Positions 23,840-39,168 of a stretch of 64,000 bases of DNA are shown here, piece by piece. Every line of letters begins with the position of its first letter. Within the stretch, counting starts at the first letter, position 1. The stretch lies in assembly GCF_055900595.2 (NCBI RefSeq), contig NZ_CM148325.1. The stretch is one strand, 5' to 3'. The notes below the pieces were generated by a model, which was not told the origin of the DNA, ran no database searches, and saw nothing but the letters and a program-made list of their open reading frames with translations. The translations under genes and the position numbers were made by a program.

Positions 23840-24301
23840 GTCTGTATTTCCTTATCCAAAGTATGGAGAAGTTAACATTATGCTTCACAACTTCATAGTG
23901 TCTGGAGGTAGTATTTTTATGACGAATGAAATACTTTGCACAAATATTTTTTCCATATTTATCAGCGAAACGTTTCTCTTATTTAAATAAGTAACCATAC
24001 AAAGTATAGGTTTTTAATTATCAACCTTTATTATAAGTAAAAGTTATGAAATATATTCTCTTTGCTAACTTATAATTAAGAGAAAAAAACTCACTGCATG
24101 GCCATTTAAACCAGGAATAAATTAGCTTCCCGTTCATCATTTTTGTGATCTTGCGCACATCTTTGAGATAACGCACTTTCTTCACCAGTACGTTGCACAC
24201 TTTGTCAGTAGAAGATTGCAACATTCTGTCATAAGGCCGCGAATCCCCCGTTTTGTCGTGGTAATGTATGCACTTTGTGTTAGACGGGATAGGTTTTCAA
24301 G

Positions 24302-25396
24302 ATGGAAAAACTGCGGGTAGGAATCGTTTTTGGTGGTAAATCAGCGGAACATGAAGTGTCTTTGCAATCGGCAAAAAACATTGTCGATGCCATTGATAAA
24401 AGTCGCTTCGACGTTGTGCTGCTGGGCATTGATAAACAAGGGCAATGGCACGTCAGCGATGCCAACAATTATCTGCTAAATGCAGACGATCCTGCCCATA
24501 TTGCGTTGCGCCCTTCGGCGACCAGTCTTGCGCAGGTGCCTGGTAAACATGAGCATCAGCTTATCGACGCGCAAAACGGTCAGCCATTGCCGACGGTGGA
24601 TGTCATTTTCCCGATTGTTCACGGTACGCTAGGCGAAGATGGTTCCTTGCAGGGAATGCTGCGGGTCGCCAATTTACCGTTTGTGGGTTCTGATGTTCTG
24701 GCGTCAGCAGCCTGTATGGATAAAGATGTCACCAAACGTCTGCTACGCGATGCCGGGCTGAACATTGCGCCATTTATTACCCTGACACGCACCAATCGTC
24801 AAAACATCAGTTTTGCCGAAGTGAAGTCAAAACTGGGGTTACCGCTGTTTGTAAAACCCGCTAACCAAGGCTCTTCTGTTGGTGTCAGCAAAGTAACCAG
24901 TGAAGAAGAGTACGCAATTGCCGTCGATCTGGCGTTCGAGTTCGATCATAAAGTGATCGTTGAGCAAGGGATCAAAGGTCGTGAGATCGAATGCGCGGTT
25001 CTGGGCAACGACAATCCGCAAGCCAGTACCTGTGGCGAGATCGTACTAACCAGCGATTTTTATGCCTACGACACCAAGTACATTGACGAAGATGGCGCGA
25101 AAGTGGTAGTTCCGGCAGCCATTGCGCCAGAAATCAACGATAAGATCCGGGCGATTGCCGTTCAGGCTTATCAGACGTTGGGATGCGCAGGCATGGCGCG
25201 TGTAGACGTGTTTTTAACCCCAGAGAACGAAGTGGTGATCAACGAGATCAACACACTGCCAGGCTTCACCAACATCAGTATGTATCCGAAGCTGTGGCAA
25301 GCCAGCGGTTTGGGTTACACCGACCTGATCACACGTCTGATCGAGTTGGCGCTGGAGCGTCACGCTGCGGATAACGCATTGAAAACCACAATGTAA
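24302..25396 (+). CDS. ddlA: D-alanine--D-alanine ligase A
   Basis: ORF track, 364 aa, [20 protein letters not shown]. Confidence 0.95.
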   Translation: MEKLRVGIVFGGKSAEHEVSLQSAKNIVDAIDKSRFDVVLLGIDKQGQWHVSDANNYLLNADDPAHIALRPSATSLAQVPGKHEHQLIDAQNGQPLPTVDVIFPIVHGTLGEDGSLQGMLRVANLPFVGSDVLASAACMDKDVTKRLLRDAGLNIAPFITLTRTNRQNISFAEVKSKLGLPLFVKPANQGSSVGVSKVTSEEEYAIAVDLAFEFDHKVIVEQGIKGREIECAVLGNDNPQASTCGEIVLTSDFYAYDTKYIDEDGAKVVVPAAIAPEINDKIRAIAVQAYQTLGCAGMARVDVFLTPENEVVINEINTLPGFTNISMYPKLWQASGLGYTDLITRLIELALERHAADNALKTTM

Positions 25397-25434
25397 TTTT
25401 TAAATGCCCAATAACTGTAATTGGGCATTTAAGA

Positions 25435-25535
25435 TTGTAAGATTGCCTGATGCGCTTTGCTTATCAGGCCTACAAGATAATTGCAATATACTGATTTTGT
25501 AGGCAGGATAAGGCGTTCGCGCCGCATCCGGCAAA
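25435..25535. repeat. REP elements downstream of ddlA
   Basis: gcctgatgcgctttgcttatcaggcctac ... gtaggcaggataaggcgttcgcgccgcatccggc. Confidence 0.6.
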
Positions 25536-25578
25536 AACAACGAGCACTTTGTCAGCCCCCAGAACGCCCAGTCCTCTG

Positions 25579-25791
25579 TTATTGGGCGTTTTCAGTTTCT
25601 TCATCGCGACGACGAATAATCAGCCCCGCGAGCCAGAAACTAATCACCCACGTCACCAGACCAACGGCATAGGTCTGCCAACCTTTTGCTTCAAATCCCA
25701 GTAACCCCACCACGCCATTAAGAATGAATATCAGGCCAATGGCGAACGCATAGTAGTGCCAGTCACGGCGAATTTTTACAGGCAGACTCAT
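25579..25791 (-). CDS. yaiZ: small membrane protein YaiZ
   Basis: ORF track 25579..25818; start placed at MSLPVKIRRDWHYYAF. Confidence 0.8.
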   Translation of the reverse strand: MSLPVKIRRDWHYYAFAIGLIFILNGVVGLLGFEAKGWQTYAVGLVTWVISFWLAGLIIRRRDEETENAQ

Positions 25792-26050
25792 GGCAGCTCC
25801 GTTAACGAAAAATAACATCTTCGCATAATCGATAACTTACGTCTGTGGGGTAGACAGCATTTCCCGTATCGTTAAAAAATTTAACTTAAAGTTACCGTTT
25901 TGTGACTCGTGACAAATATTCCCGCTTCGGGAATATTCCCAACATCAATTTACCATGATTCTGATATTGACAATCTAAATGTCCTGTCAGACTTGCCATA
26001 AGCCGCTGGTATGACACCAGAAGAGAAGCAGATGACTTCCGGAGGTTTTT

Positions 26051-26359
26051 ATGGCTGATTTCACCCTGTCAAAATCGCTGTTTAGCGGAAAATATCGCAA
26101 TGCCTCTTCTACGCCTGGCAACATTGCCTATGCGTTGTTTGTGCTGTTTTGCTTTTGGGCTGGGGCGCAATTGCTGAACCTGTTAGTGCATGCGCCCGGC
26201 GTCTATGAGCGTTTAATGCAGGCTCAGGAAACAGGCCGCCCACGGGTGGAAATTGGTTTAGGTGTCGGTACCATTTTCGGGCTGATCCCATTTTTAATTG
26301 GCTGCTTCATTTTTGCAGTGGTGGCGCTATGGCTGCACTGGCGACATCGCCGCCAGTAA
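26051..26359 (+). CDS. yaiY: inner membrane protein YaiY
   Basis: ORF track, 102 aa, [17 protein letters not shown]. Confidence 0.85.
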   Translation: MADFTLSKSLFSGKYRNASSTPGNIAYALFVLFCFWAGAQLLNLLVHAPGVYERLMQAQETGRPRVEIGLGVGTIFGLIPFLIGCFIFAVVALWLHWRHRRQ

Positions 26360-26417
26360 GATTTACGTTTCCAGATGCCGCCTAAAACGCCTTATCTGGC
26401 AAGACGTTCCTGTTTGA

Positions 26418-27512
26418 TCACTGTTTCATACAACTCGCCCGCCGTTCGTCTACGCGCTTCGCAAACCAGGCCGTAGTCAGATTGCGGGTAATTTTCGGGC
26501 TTTCCAGTTGGATGCCGGGCAACATTTCGCGGGGTAGTGATCTACCCGTTTTCGCTTCGGCAAGTTGATAAACTTTCTTGTACAGCGCAGTCTCCTCAAA
26601 AGAGAAGCTGTCCCCTTTCTCTAACTGACGGCGAATTTCGCTGTCGCTCATCCCCAGTTTGCCTGCCAGTTTGCGCGTTGCCAGCTCTGTTTTCCCAGGT
26701 TCTTTACTGTCGTAACGAATTAAATCACCGTCCAGCGCCAGCTTCATGCCAGTGGCCTTACTGACCGCGTTCTGAAAAGCGGCATTACGGCTGGCGTACC
26801 AGCCAGCGTTAAAATCGGCAAAACGGTATATCGGCGCGCTATAACTGGCGGGATAATTCAGTAAATGGTAAGTTCCGAACCACAATCCGCCGCGGCGACT
26901 GAAGACTTCCTGACGGACTGTACCGTCCATTTTCCACGGATACCCTTTGGTATGCTGTTCGGCAAACGCAATGCTGACCTGCATCGGTCCACCGGTACGC
27001 ACTGGATTAAGCGAACCAAACAGCGTCTGCCCCATTGGCACCATGCTGATCAAATCGTCAAAAATCGCGCTTAATTGCTTTTCTGTACGCACAGAATCTA
27101 ACCGCTCACTATAACTTTTGCCGTTTGGCGATTTGATTTTTAGCGCGGTATGAACCAGAAAAGCAGGGATGTGCATCCGTTCGGCACGACGGTCAATCTC
27201 TTGCCATGCTATCTTGCTTAAGCCCGGAACGGGCGGATCTGCCTGATAATTTGACTCCTGTTGCGCCACCGCCAGCACCGAGCAGACATTTTCCAGCGTC
27301 GGTGCCAGCCCCTGACTTTCAAACGTGGTGGCAAGATCTTTCGCCCAGGCATCGCGGTCTTTCACACTCGCGGGCATCTTCTGCCGCACGACGCTCGCCA
27401 CATCTATCGCTTTTTCGCCCTTTTTCAACGGTTGCGGAGCCTGACTACTACACCCTGCTAAAACCAGAACCGCCAACAACGAAAGCGAAGATAGATGATT
27501 GACGCGCGACAT
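26418..27512 (-). CDS. yaiW: lipoprotein YaiW
   Basis: ORF track, 364 aa; lipobox LAGCSS after the signal peptide. Confidence 0.9.
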   Translation of the reverse strand: MSRVNHLSSLSLLAVLVLAGCSSQAPQPLKKGEKAIDVASVVRQKMPASVKDRDAWAKDLATTFESQGLAPTLENVCSVLAVAQQESNYQADPPVPGLSKIAWQEIDRRAERMHIPAFLVHTALKIKSPNGKSYSERLDSVRTEKQLSAIFDDLISMVPMGQTLFGSLNPVRTGGPMQVSIAFAEQHTKGYPWKMDGTVRQEVFSRRGGLWFGTYHLLNYPASYSAPIYRFADFNAGWYASRNAAFQNAVSKATGMKLALDGDLIRYDSKEPGKTELATRKLAGKLGMSDSEIRRQLEKGDSFSFEETALYKKVYQLAEAKTGRSLPREMLPGIQLESPKITRNLTTAWFAKRVDERRASCMKQ

Positions 27513-27524
27513 TACTTCTCCTTT

Positions 27525-28745
27525 TTAACTCAAGGTATGGGTTACTTCCTGAATTTTGTCACCATCCAGCTCATGTTCAAAGCTGCGCAGACGTTTGTAG
27601 ATAGACATCAACTCAACCAGCGTGGTCCATGAGTTAATCAGGTACTGAAAAGCACCGCGAACCTGACCAAAAACGTTGGTAATCTGCGTCATCAGGCCGA
27701 GCGTAATCGTACCGGCAACAATCGACGGAAACAGCAAGAACAAACCGAAAACGTTATCGACCTGCAAATAGAGAATGCGGGCGATGTTGAAATACATATA
27801 GTGAAAATAGAGGCGGAAATAGTTTTTCCGCACGGCGCTAAACAGCTCGCGTACCGTAGGCGGCGTCGCGCGCGATGCATCGTCTTCACCATAAACCAAC
27901 TCTTTACGGTAGGCAGCTTCTACACGCTGATTTTTAAACTCCAGTCCCGGCAGTTTGATCCCAACCACTGCCAGTAATCCGGTCCCCATCAACGACCATA
28001 CGATAGCAGCAATCACCAGACCATACGGAATATGCCCGACAATCGGCAGCTCTGGCACATGCGCAGAGAGCGTTACCAGTACCGGCAGGAAGGCGATCAA
28101 CGTCATAATAGCGTTGATAAAACTGACGCCCATATTCTCAAGCGTTGAAGCAAAACGCATGGTGTCTTCCTGCACACGCTGGGCGGCACCTTCGATATGA
28201 CGCAGTTGTTGCCAGTTCGCCATGTAATATTCGTTCATCGCCGTACGCCAGCGGAACACGTAGTGACTGACAAAGAAGTTGTTCAGCACACTGATCACCA
28301 CCGCGATCAGCGCAATCCCCAGAAAGACGCCCACTTCGCGGTAAAATTGTTCGATAGTGACTTTATGCGGCGAACTTAGCGCAGTTTGAATCAGATCATA
28401 AAACGGCGCATACCAGGCGTTGACGGCAACTCCAACTTCCACCAAAAACCAGGTGACGAAGATTATCAACGCAGTACCGAGTATTGACCAGTATTGCCAA
28501 CGATGCGGGCTATAAATAAACCAGAACAGTGCAAAAAGCCCTACGCAAACAATGTAGTAAGCGTAAAAAATCAGGAAATCTAACGACCAGAAACGCGCGG
28601 CGCTAATTGGGATCTGCCCGGAAGCTCCGGTGATGCGCGCCACCCAATCCCCCCCACCGGCTTGCCAGAAGATAACGGCAATCAATGCCCAAACAAAGGC
28701 CGAGAGAAAAAACGTTCCCGGCTTTGGGAAAAAAGACTTAAACAT
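27525..28745 (-). CDS. sbmA: peptide antibiotic transporter SbmA
   Basis: ORF track 27525..28751; start placed at [17 protein letters not shown] (406 aa). Confidence 0.93.
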   Translation of the reverse strand: MFKSFFPKPGTFFLSAFVWALIAVIFWQAGGGDWVARITGASGQIPISAARFWSLDFLIFYAYYIVCVGLFALFWFIYSPHRWQYWSILGTALIIFVTWFLVEVGVAVNAWYAPFYDLIQTALSSPHKVTIEQFYREVGVFLGIALIAVVISVLNNFFVSHYVFRWRTAMNEYYMANWQQLRHIEGAAQRVQEDTMRFASTLENMGVSFINAIMTLIAFLPVLVTLSAHVPELPIVGHIPYGLVIAAIVWSLMGTGLLAVVGIKLPGLEFKNQRVEAAYRKELVYGEDDASRATPPTVRELFSAVRKNYFRLYFHYMYFNIARILYLQVDNVFGLFLLFPSIVAGTITLGLMTQITNVFGQVRGAFQYLINSWTTLVELMSIYKRLRSFEHELDGDKIQEVTHTLS

Positions 28746-29096
28746 ATGCACTCCTGCTAACTTCTTATCGTTTTAACAACTGCTGTGTATTAACCGCATG
28801 ACCGCTACAAAGAATCAGCCAAATGAAACCGCCCATTGTGACCCATAGCAAGGCGCATAGTTCGCCAGCCTGACCATAAGAATTGTTTCGACGGATTTCA
28901 CAAACCAAAGATTGTTTACATTAGCGGATTAACACGCGCAGGATCACAAATGCAGGCATTGGTGAGCAGGAAAAAGATCGTGTTTACGCGCCGTTACGTT
29001 TTTAACACTATTATTGCACTAATTCGCCCTTTGCAATCCATCAATGAGTAGTATAAATACGCTCAGTTACCTTCATTCAATCTATGGACACCACCG

Positions 29097-30254
29097 TTGA
29101 AACGTAGTCTGCTTTTTTCTGCCGTGCTTTGTGCGGCGTTATTGACCCCCGTCCATGCGGCGCAGCCGATCACTGAACCGGAGTTCGCCTCTGATATTGT
29201 CGATCGTTATGCCGATCATATTTTTTATGGCAGTGGTGCCACGGGGATGGCGCTGGTTGTTATCGACGGTAACCAGCGCGTCTTTCGCAGTTATGGCGAA
29301 ACGCGCCCGGGTAATAATGTTCGCCCGCAGCTGGATTCGGTCGTGCGTATTGCTTCGCTTACCAAGCTAATGACCAGTGAGTTGCTGGTGAAATTGCTCG
29401 ACCAGGGGACCGTGAAGTTAAACGATCCGCTAAGTAAATATGCTCCACCAGGCGCACGCGTGCCGACTTACAATGGCACGCCTATTACCCTGGTGAATCT
29501 GGCAACCCATACCAGTGCCCTGCCCCGTGAACAGCCGGGAGGTGTGGCACATCGTCCAGTGTTTGTCTGGCCAACGCGCGAGCAACGCTGGAAATACCTT
29601 TCTACGGCGAAGCTGAAAGCCGCGCCAGGCAGTCAGGCGGCATACTCTAACCTTGCGTTCGACCTGCTGGCAGATGCACTGGCGAATGCTTCCGGCAAGC
29701 CTTATACCCAGTTGTTTGAAGAGCAGATTACCCGTCCATTGGGGATGAAAGACACCACCTACACCCCCTCGCCGGACCAGTGCCGCCGTTTAATGGTTGC
29801 AGAGCGCGGTGCCAGTCCATGCAATAACACGCTGGCGGCAATTGGCAGCGGCGGAGTCTATTCCACGCCTGGCGATATGATGCGCTGGATGCAGCAATAT
29901 TTGTCATCTGATTTTTATCAGCGCAGTAACCAGGCAGATCGTATGCAGACGTTGATTTATCAGCGCGCGCAGTTTACGAAAGTGATTGGCATGGATGTCC
30001 CCGGCAAAGCGGATGCGCTTGGTTTAGGCTGGGTATATATGGCCCCGAAAGAGGGTCGTCCGGGGATTATTCAGAAGACAGGTGGTGGTGGCGGTTTCAT
30101 TACCTATATGGCGATGATCCCGCAGAAGAATATTGGCGCGTTTGTGGTGGTTACTCGTTCGCCATTGACGCGCTTTAAAAATATGAGCGATGGCATCAAT
30201 GACCTGGTGACTGAACTGAGCGGGAATAAACCGTTGGTCATCCCCGCGTCCTGA
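29097..30254 (+). CDS. ampH: D-alanyl-D-alanine carboxypeptidase/endopeptidase AmpH (class C beta-lactamase fold), apparent TTG start
   Basis: ORF track, 385 aa, MKRSLLFSAVLCAALLTPVHA signal peptide, SLTK active-site motif; start codon read as ttg. Confidence 0.92.
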   Translation: MKRSLLFSAVLCAALLTPVHAAQPITEPEFASDIVDRYADHIFYGSGATGMALVVIDGNQRVFRSYGETRPGNNVRPQLDSVVRIASLTKLMTSELLVKLLDQGTVKLNDPLSKYAPPGARVPTYNGTPITLVNLATHTSALPREQPGGVAHRPVFVWPTREQRWKYLSTAKLKAAPGSQAAYSNLAFDLLADALANASGKPYTQLFEEQITRPLGMKDTTYTPSPDQCRRLMVAERGASPCNNTLAAIGSGGVYSTPGDMMRWMQQYLSSDFYQRSNQADRMQTLIYQRAQFTKVIGMDVPGKADALGLGWVYMAPKEGRPGIIQKTGGGGGFITYMAMIPQKNIGAFVVVTRSPLTRFKNMSDGINDLVTELSGNKPLVIPAS

Positions 30255-30937
<683 letters not shown>

Positions 30938-30951
30938 AACCTATTTCTTCA

Positions 30952-33912
<2,961 letters not shown>

Positions 33913-34437
33913 TTGTCATCCCTCCTCAGGGACGTAATAAGTTGATCCATCAATTATCAATGCATAGAAAACATATTATGTTTCGCGTTTACGATTATGC
34001 GGCGTTATAGAGGAATGGTTCAATTATTCTTTCCCCTAAGTCCGATTGCGGACATATATAAAGCACGTGAACACACACACAGAAAGAAATAACAAAAACA
34101 CAATATTTCAATACGTTAATGAAAGCGTTAATTTTAAAACATAGACCATGAAAATATAAAACAACTAAAACAGACAAATAATCTATCAATAACCAATGAA
34201 CTTTACGTTATTCACTTTTTGAAAACGTCACCAAATCCCCAAAAACAATAATCTATAGCTATAAATAAAAATTAAAAATATTTTCAATGAATATAAATTT
34301 ATTGCTATTTCTATTACAAAGATGTCCTGACCTCTCATTCATTCTCTTCTTATCAACATCACGACAACTTTCGTAAAACATCCCCACCCTGCTTCAGGTA
34401 TACTATGCTCCTCGATTCCACAAACATCAGGCAGACC

Positions 34438-35412
34438 ATGACAGACCTAATCCAACGCCCTCGTCGCCTGCGCAAATCTCCTGCGCTGCGCGCTATGTTT
34501 GAAGAGACAACACTTAGCCTTAACGACCTGGTGTTGCCGATCTTTGTTGAAGAAGAAATTGACGACTACAAAGCCGTTGAAGCCATGCCAGGCGTGATGC
34601 GCATTCCAGAGAAACATCTGGCACGCGAAATTGAACGCATCGCCAACGCCGGTATTCGTTCCGTGATGACTTTCGGCATCTCTCACCATACCGATGAAAC
34701 CGGCAGCGATGCCTGGCGGGAAGATGGTCTGGTGGCGCGTATGTCGCGCATCTGTAAACAGACCGTGCCAGAAATGATCGTCATGTCAGACACCTGCTTC
34801 TGTGAATACACTTCTCACGGTCACTGCGGTGTGCTGTGTGAGCATGGCGTGGACAACGACGCGACCCTGGAAAATTTAGGCAAGCAGGCCGTGGTTGCAG
34901 CTGCTGCAGGTGCAGACTTCATCGCCCCTTCCGCCGCAATGGATGGCCAGGTACAAGCGATTCGCCAGGCGCTGGACGCTGCGGGCTTTAAAGATACGGC
35001 GATTATGTCGTATTCGACCAAGTTCGCCTCCTCCTTTTATGGCCCGTTCCGTGAAGCTGCCGGAAGCGCATTAAAAGGCGACCGCAAAAGCTATCAGATG
35101 AACCCAATGAACCGTCGTGAGGCGATTCGTGAGTCACTGCTGGATGAAGCCCAGGGCGCAGACTGCCTGATGGTTAAACCAGCCGGAGCGTACCTCGACA
35201 TCGTGCGTGAGCTGCGTGAGCGTACTGAATTGCCGATTGGTGCGTATCAGGTGAGCGGTGAGTACGCGATGATTAAGTTCGCTGCGCTGGCGGGTGCTAT
35301 AGATGAAGAAAAAGTGGTGCTCGAAAGTTTAGGTTCGATTAAGCGTGCGGGTGCGGATCTGATTTTCAGCTACTTTGCGCTGGATCTGGCTGAGAAGAAG
35401 ATTCTGCGTTAA
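34438..35412 (+). CDS. hemB: porphobilinogen synthase HemB
   Basis: ORF track 34405..35412; start placed at [18 protein letters not shown] (324 aa). Confidence 0.95.
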
Positions 35413-35420
35413 TGATCATT

Positions 35421-35446
35421 ATGCCGGGTTATCCAACCCGGCATTT
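35421..35446. terminator. hairpin between convergent hemB and tauD (gccgggtt-atcc-aacccggc), likely bidirectional terminator
   Basis: Perfect 8-bp inverted repeat with 4-nt loop in the 39-bp gap between the convergent stop codons. Confidence 0.55.
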
Positions 35447-35451
35447 CCCCC

Positions 35452-36303
35452 TTACCCCGCCCGATAAAACGGTTTATCCCCAAGAATCGTCGCCCGATGC
35501 ATAATCCGCCGCTGTGGCAGGTAATCCGCATTGGCATAGTGCTGGGTCACGCGGTTATCCCAAATCGCGATATCATTTGGTTGCCAGCGCCAACGCACCT
35601 GAAACTCCGGTTTAATGATGTGGGCAAACAAAAAACCTAACAAGGCTTCGCTCTCTTTCTCGCTGACATCAACAATTCGTGTGGTAAAACCTTCGTTCAC
35701 AAACAGCGCCTGTTTACCGGTCACCGGATGCGTTCGCACAACCGGATGGAGTAACGGTGGATTTTTCGCGACCGCCTCGCGCCAGCGTTGATGCTCCTCC
35801 TCCGTTTTGCGGTATTTGTATTCCGGGAACGATTTACGGAAATCATGCTCCGCACGCAGCCCGCTCAACAGCTGGCGGAAGGGAACAGAGAGCGCCTCAT
35901 AGGCCGCAATGCCGCTGGTCCAGAGCGTATCGCCGCCAGTCGAGGGTAACTCTTTCGCCGCCAGAATCGCCCCTGCGGGTGGCGTTTCAATAAATGTCAC
36001 ATCGGTGTGCCAGTTGTCGTTATCCGGCGGATTATCGTTATGGGTATCCAGGACGATGATCTCGTCAACCCCTTCGGCATGAGGGTAAACAGGATGAATA
36101 TGCAGTTCGCCAAAACGCTGGGCCAGCGCGCGTTGCTGCTGCGGTGTAATGGCTTGTTCACGCACAAATACCACCTGATGGCGCAGTACCGCATGGTAAA
36201 GCTGTTCAAACTGATTATCGCTTAACGGACGCGTCAGGTCGGCACCCGAAATTTGTGCACCGATATACGGCCCCAGCGGGGTAATGCTCAGACGTTCACT
36301 CAT
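35452..36303 (-). CDS. tauD: taurine dioxygenase TauD
   Basis: ORF track, 283 aa, [23 protein letters not shown]. Confidence 0.95.
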   Translation of the reverse strand: MSERLSITPLGPYIGAQISGADLTRPLSDNQFEQLYHAVLRHQVVFVREQAITPQQQRALAQRFGELHIHPVYPHAEGVDEIIVLDTHNDNPPDNDNWHTDVTFIETPPAGAILAAKELPSTGGDTLWTSGIAAYEALSVPFRQLLSGLRAEHDFRKSFPEYKYRKTEEEHQRWREAVAKNPPLLHPVVRTHPVTGKQALFVNEGFTTRIVDVSEKESEALLGFLFAHIIKPEFQVRWRWQPNDIAIWDNRVTQHYANADYLPQRRIMHRATILGDKPFYRAG

Positions 36304-37127
36304 TGTACTTCTCCATGCCAGGGCGTCAGGCGGCGCTGTAACGCGCGCAGACCCAGTTCTAAAAGAAAGGCGATAATCGCAATCACCGCGATCCCCGCCA
36401 GCACCACGTCAGTCGCGAGAAATTCACCCGCTGACTGGACCATAAAACCCAAACCGCGCGTCGCGGCAATCAACTCCGCCGCCACCAGGGTAGACCAGCC
36501 CACACCCAGACCAATGCGTAATCCAGTGAGAATTTCCGGCAGCGCACCGGGCAAAATAACAAACCACAGTACCTGTGTGCGGCTGGCCCCCAGCGACTGA
36601 GCGGCACGAATGCGAACCTGCTGCGCGCTTTTCACCCCCGCCAGCGCCGACATCGCCACAGGTGCAAAAATCGCTAAATAGATCAGTAAGATCTTCGAGG
36701 TTTCACCAATACCAAACCAGATCACCATCAGCGGCAAATAAGCCAGCGGCGGCACCGGACGATAAAGCTCGATTATCGGATCCAGAATGCCGCGCACCGT
36801 CGGGCTTAGCCCCATGGCGATCCCGACCGGAATACCGATCAACACCGCCGCGAGTAGCGCCAGCAAAATGCGCGTCAGGCTGGCTGCCAGATGCTGCCAC
36901 AGCGTGGCATCCATAAATCCCTGCGGCCCGGCAATGGTGAGCAGTTTTGCCAGTACCTGTTGCGGCGGCGGCAGAAACAGCGGGCTAATCAGTTGCAGCG
37001 CCGCCACCGCCCACCATACCGTGAGTAAAACCGCTAACGTGCCAATGCTTAAGGTCACCTGACGCGAGAGCGGCCAGCGCCATTTCAGCCGATGCGAATG
37101 CAGTTTTTCATTAATGAGCACACTCAT
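36300..37127 (-). CDS. tauC: taurine ABC transporter permease TauC
   Basis: ORF track, 275 aa; 4-bp overlaps with tauB and tauD. Confidence 0.93.
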   Translation of the reverse strand: MSVLINEKLHSHRLKWRWPLSRQVTLSIGTLAVLLTVWWAVAALQLISPLFLPPPQQVLAKLLTIAGPQGFMDATLWQHLAASLTRILLALLAAVLIGIPVGIAMGLSPTVRGILDPIIELYRPVPPLAYLPLMVIWFGIGETSKILLIYLAIFAPVAMSALAGVKSAQQVRIRAAQSLGASRTQVLWFVILPGALPEILTGLRIGLGVGWSTLVAAELIAATRGLGFMVQSAGEFLATDVVLAGIAVIAIIAFLLELGLRALQRRLTPWHGEVQ

Positions 37128-37891
37128 GAGAACGCCTCCCGTTGCTCAAATACGCGGCTTAAAACATATTCGCGCATGGCGATGAATTGTGAATCGGACT
37201 TGATGCTGCGGCTCGACTCTCCCGCAACAAAGCGGCGAGCAAAGTTGAGCGGCAGCCGTTCCAGCACACGACCTGGACCAGGCGACAGCAAAACCAGTTC
37301 GGTTGCCATAAACACTGCTTCTTCTATATCGTGGGTAATCAACAGCACCTGCTTTCCCGTCTCCTGCCAGAGTTTCAGCAGCAGGGTTTGCATCTGGTCG
37401 CGGGTGAAGGCGTCCAGCGCACCAAACGGTTCGTCGAGTAATAACAGCTGGGGATTTGCCGCCAGCGCGCGGGCAATCCCTACCCGCTGACGTTGACCGC
37501 CGGAAAGCTGCCAGATATAGCGTTTTTCTGCGCCTTCCAGCCCCACTTTTTTCAGCATCTGGTGCGCGATTTCCAGGCGCTGTACTTTCTCTACACCTGC
37601 CAGTTGCAGGCCGAATGCCACGTTGTCTACCACATTACGCCACGGCAACAGCCCTTCATTCTGAAAAACCACGCCCCGCTCTGCGCCCGGTCCCTCAATG
37701 CACTTACCCGCCAGTTGAATGCTGCCATGCTGATAAGGCACAAAACCGGCAATCAGATTCAGCAAGGTGGTTTTGCCGCAGCCAGACGGTCCCAGAACCA
37801 CCAGAAGCTCGCCGCTTTCCAGCGTCAGGTTGATATCTTCCAACGCCGGTTTGCCGCCATAATCGGCGTAAAGATGAGAGATTTGCAGCAT
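37124..37891 (-). CDS. tauB: taurine ABC transporter ATPase TauB
   Basis: ORF track, 255 aa; Walker [10 protein letters not shown], signature LSGGQRQR. Confidence 0.95.
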   Translation of the reverse strand: MLQISHLYADYGGKPALEDINLTLESGELLVVLGPSGCGKTTLLNLIAGFVPYQHGSIQLAGKCIEGPGAERGVVFQNEGLLPWRNVVDNVAFGLQLAGVEKVQRLEIAHQMLKKVGLEGAEKRYIWQLSGGQRQRVGIARALAANPQLLLLDEPFGALDAFTRDQMQTLLLKLWQETGKQVLLITHDIEEAVFMATELVLLSPGPGRVLERLPLNFARRFVAGESSRSIKSDSQFIAMREYVLSRVFEQREAFS

Positions 37892-37903
37892 CTGCGCCTC
37901 CTT

Positions 37904-38866
37904 TTATTGCACGAAGCGCGAGGTCACGTACTGGCTGTAATCATTCGCCACGGCAGGGACTTTGCCCTGATCTTTCAAAAACTGCGCGGTATCGATGATC
38001 GCTTTATTCACCGGTCCGGTCAGTTCTGCCGTTTGCTGCTGCGGTGTCAGATAGGTATTCCCCTTCACAAGCCCCGGAACGTCACCTTCCGGCACACCGC
38101 TTAAACGCGCCAGTTTGCTGATGTTTTCCGGCTGTTTCAGCCACGCGTCTGGGTTAGCAATGTACGGTTGCTGAGCATCGATGGCGCTTTTAGCGAACGC
38201 TTTCACGACTTCAGGATGTTTCTCGGCAAAATCTTTCCGCACGACCCAGACGTCCAGTGTCGGCGCGCCCCACTGCCCGACCTGTTCGGAATCAGTCAAC
38301 ACCTTGCCGTCTTTTTCCAGTGCGTTAACCGCCGGTGCCCAGACATAAGCACCATCAATGTCTCCCCGCTGCCAGGCGGCGATAATCGCAGGCGGCTGCA
38401 GGTTCACAATCTCCACTTGCCCGGGTTTAATGCCCCAGTGTTTCAGCGCCGCCAGCAAGCTGTAATGCGTGGTGGAGATAAACGGTACGGCAATGCGTTT
38501 GCCAATGAGATCTTCGGGTTTGCTGATGGTTTTCTTCACCACCAGCGCTTCGGAGTTACCCAGTTTTGACGCCAGCAAGAAGACCTCAATCGGCACCTGT
38601 TGGCTGGCTGCAACCGCTAATGGGCTGGAACCGAGGTTGCCGATTTGCACATCGCCAGAAGCCAGTGCCCGCACGATGCTGGCCCCGCTGTCAAACTTAC
38701 GCCAGTCCACGGTCGCCCCGCTCTCTTTAGCAAAGGTGTTATCGGCCTGAGCCACTTTCGCCGGTTCGGCGGAAGTTTGATAGGCCACGGTGACGTTCAC
38801 TGCCTGCACCTGAAAAGCGATGAATACCAGTGCGGCAAGAAGTGTGTTACGCGATGAAATTGCCAT
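37904..38866 (-). CDS. tauA: taurine-binding periplasmic protein TauA
   Basis: ORF track, 320 aa, MAISSRNTLLAALVFIAFQVQA signal peptide. Confidence 0.95.
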   Translation of the reverse strand: MAISSRNTLLAALVFIAFQVQAVNVTVAYQTSAEPAKVAQADNTFAKESGATVDWRKFDSGASIVRALASGDVQIGNLGSSPLAVAASQQVPIEVFLLASKLGNSEALVVKKTISKPEDLIGKRIAVPFISTTHYSLLAALKHWGIKPGQVEIVNLQPPAIIAAWQRGDIDGAYVWAPAVNALEKDGKVLTDSEQVGQWGAPTLDVWVVRKDFAEKHPEVVKAFAKSAIDAQQPYIANPDAWLKQPENISKLARLSGVPEGDVPGLVKGNTYLTPQQQTAELTGPVNKAIIDTAQFLKDQGKVPAVANDYSQYVTSRFVQ

Positions 38867-39168
38867 GATTGTCTGCTCCCCTGTCTTGTTATGGGAGCAG
38901 TATTTCGTTGCGGGTCAGTTTGATAAAGGAATTAAAACGTCTTGTTAAGAACAAAGCGTTTTTAGAAAAAAACTGGCAATGGTTAGCGAGTTTACGCATT
39001 TTGCAGCTTGGGCGAATGTAGCATGCCGATTCACAAACCAGATCAGATGTTCGCTCTCCGGCAAATTATTGCCATTTTGTTACATCCATTCCATATCTGT
39101 CGCTGGTAGATTGCCAGCGCCGCGCCGTGATGCATGATAGGAGAATGAGATAATAAGAGAAGAAAAGT

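Noticed and set aside
24021-24224. 67-aa minus-strand ORF in the iraP-ddlA intergenic region
   Set aside because: Sits in AT-rich promoter DNA with no convincing RBS; low-complexity translation.
29097-30254. Apparent 1-nt frame discrepancy within ampH in my reading of the printed sequence
   Set aside because: The ORF track gives a single intact 385-aa AmpH; the discrepancy is most likely my transcription error, not a frameshift.
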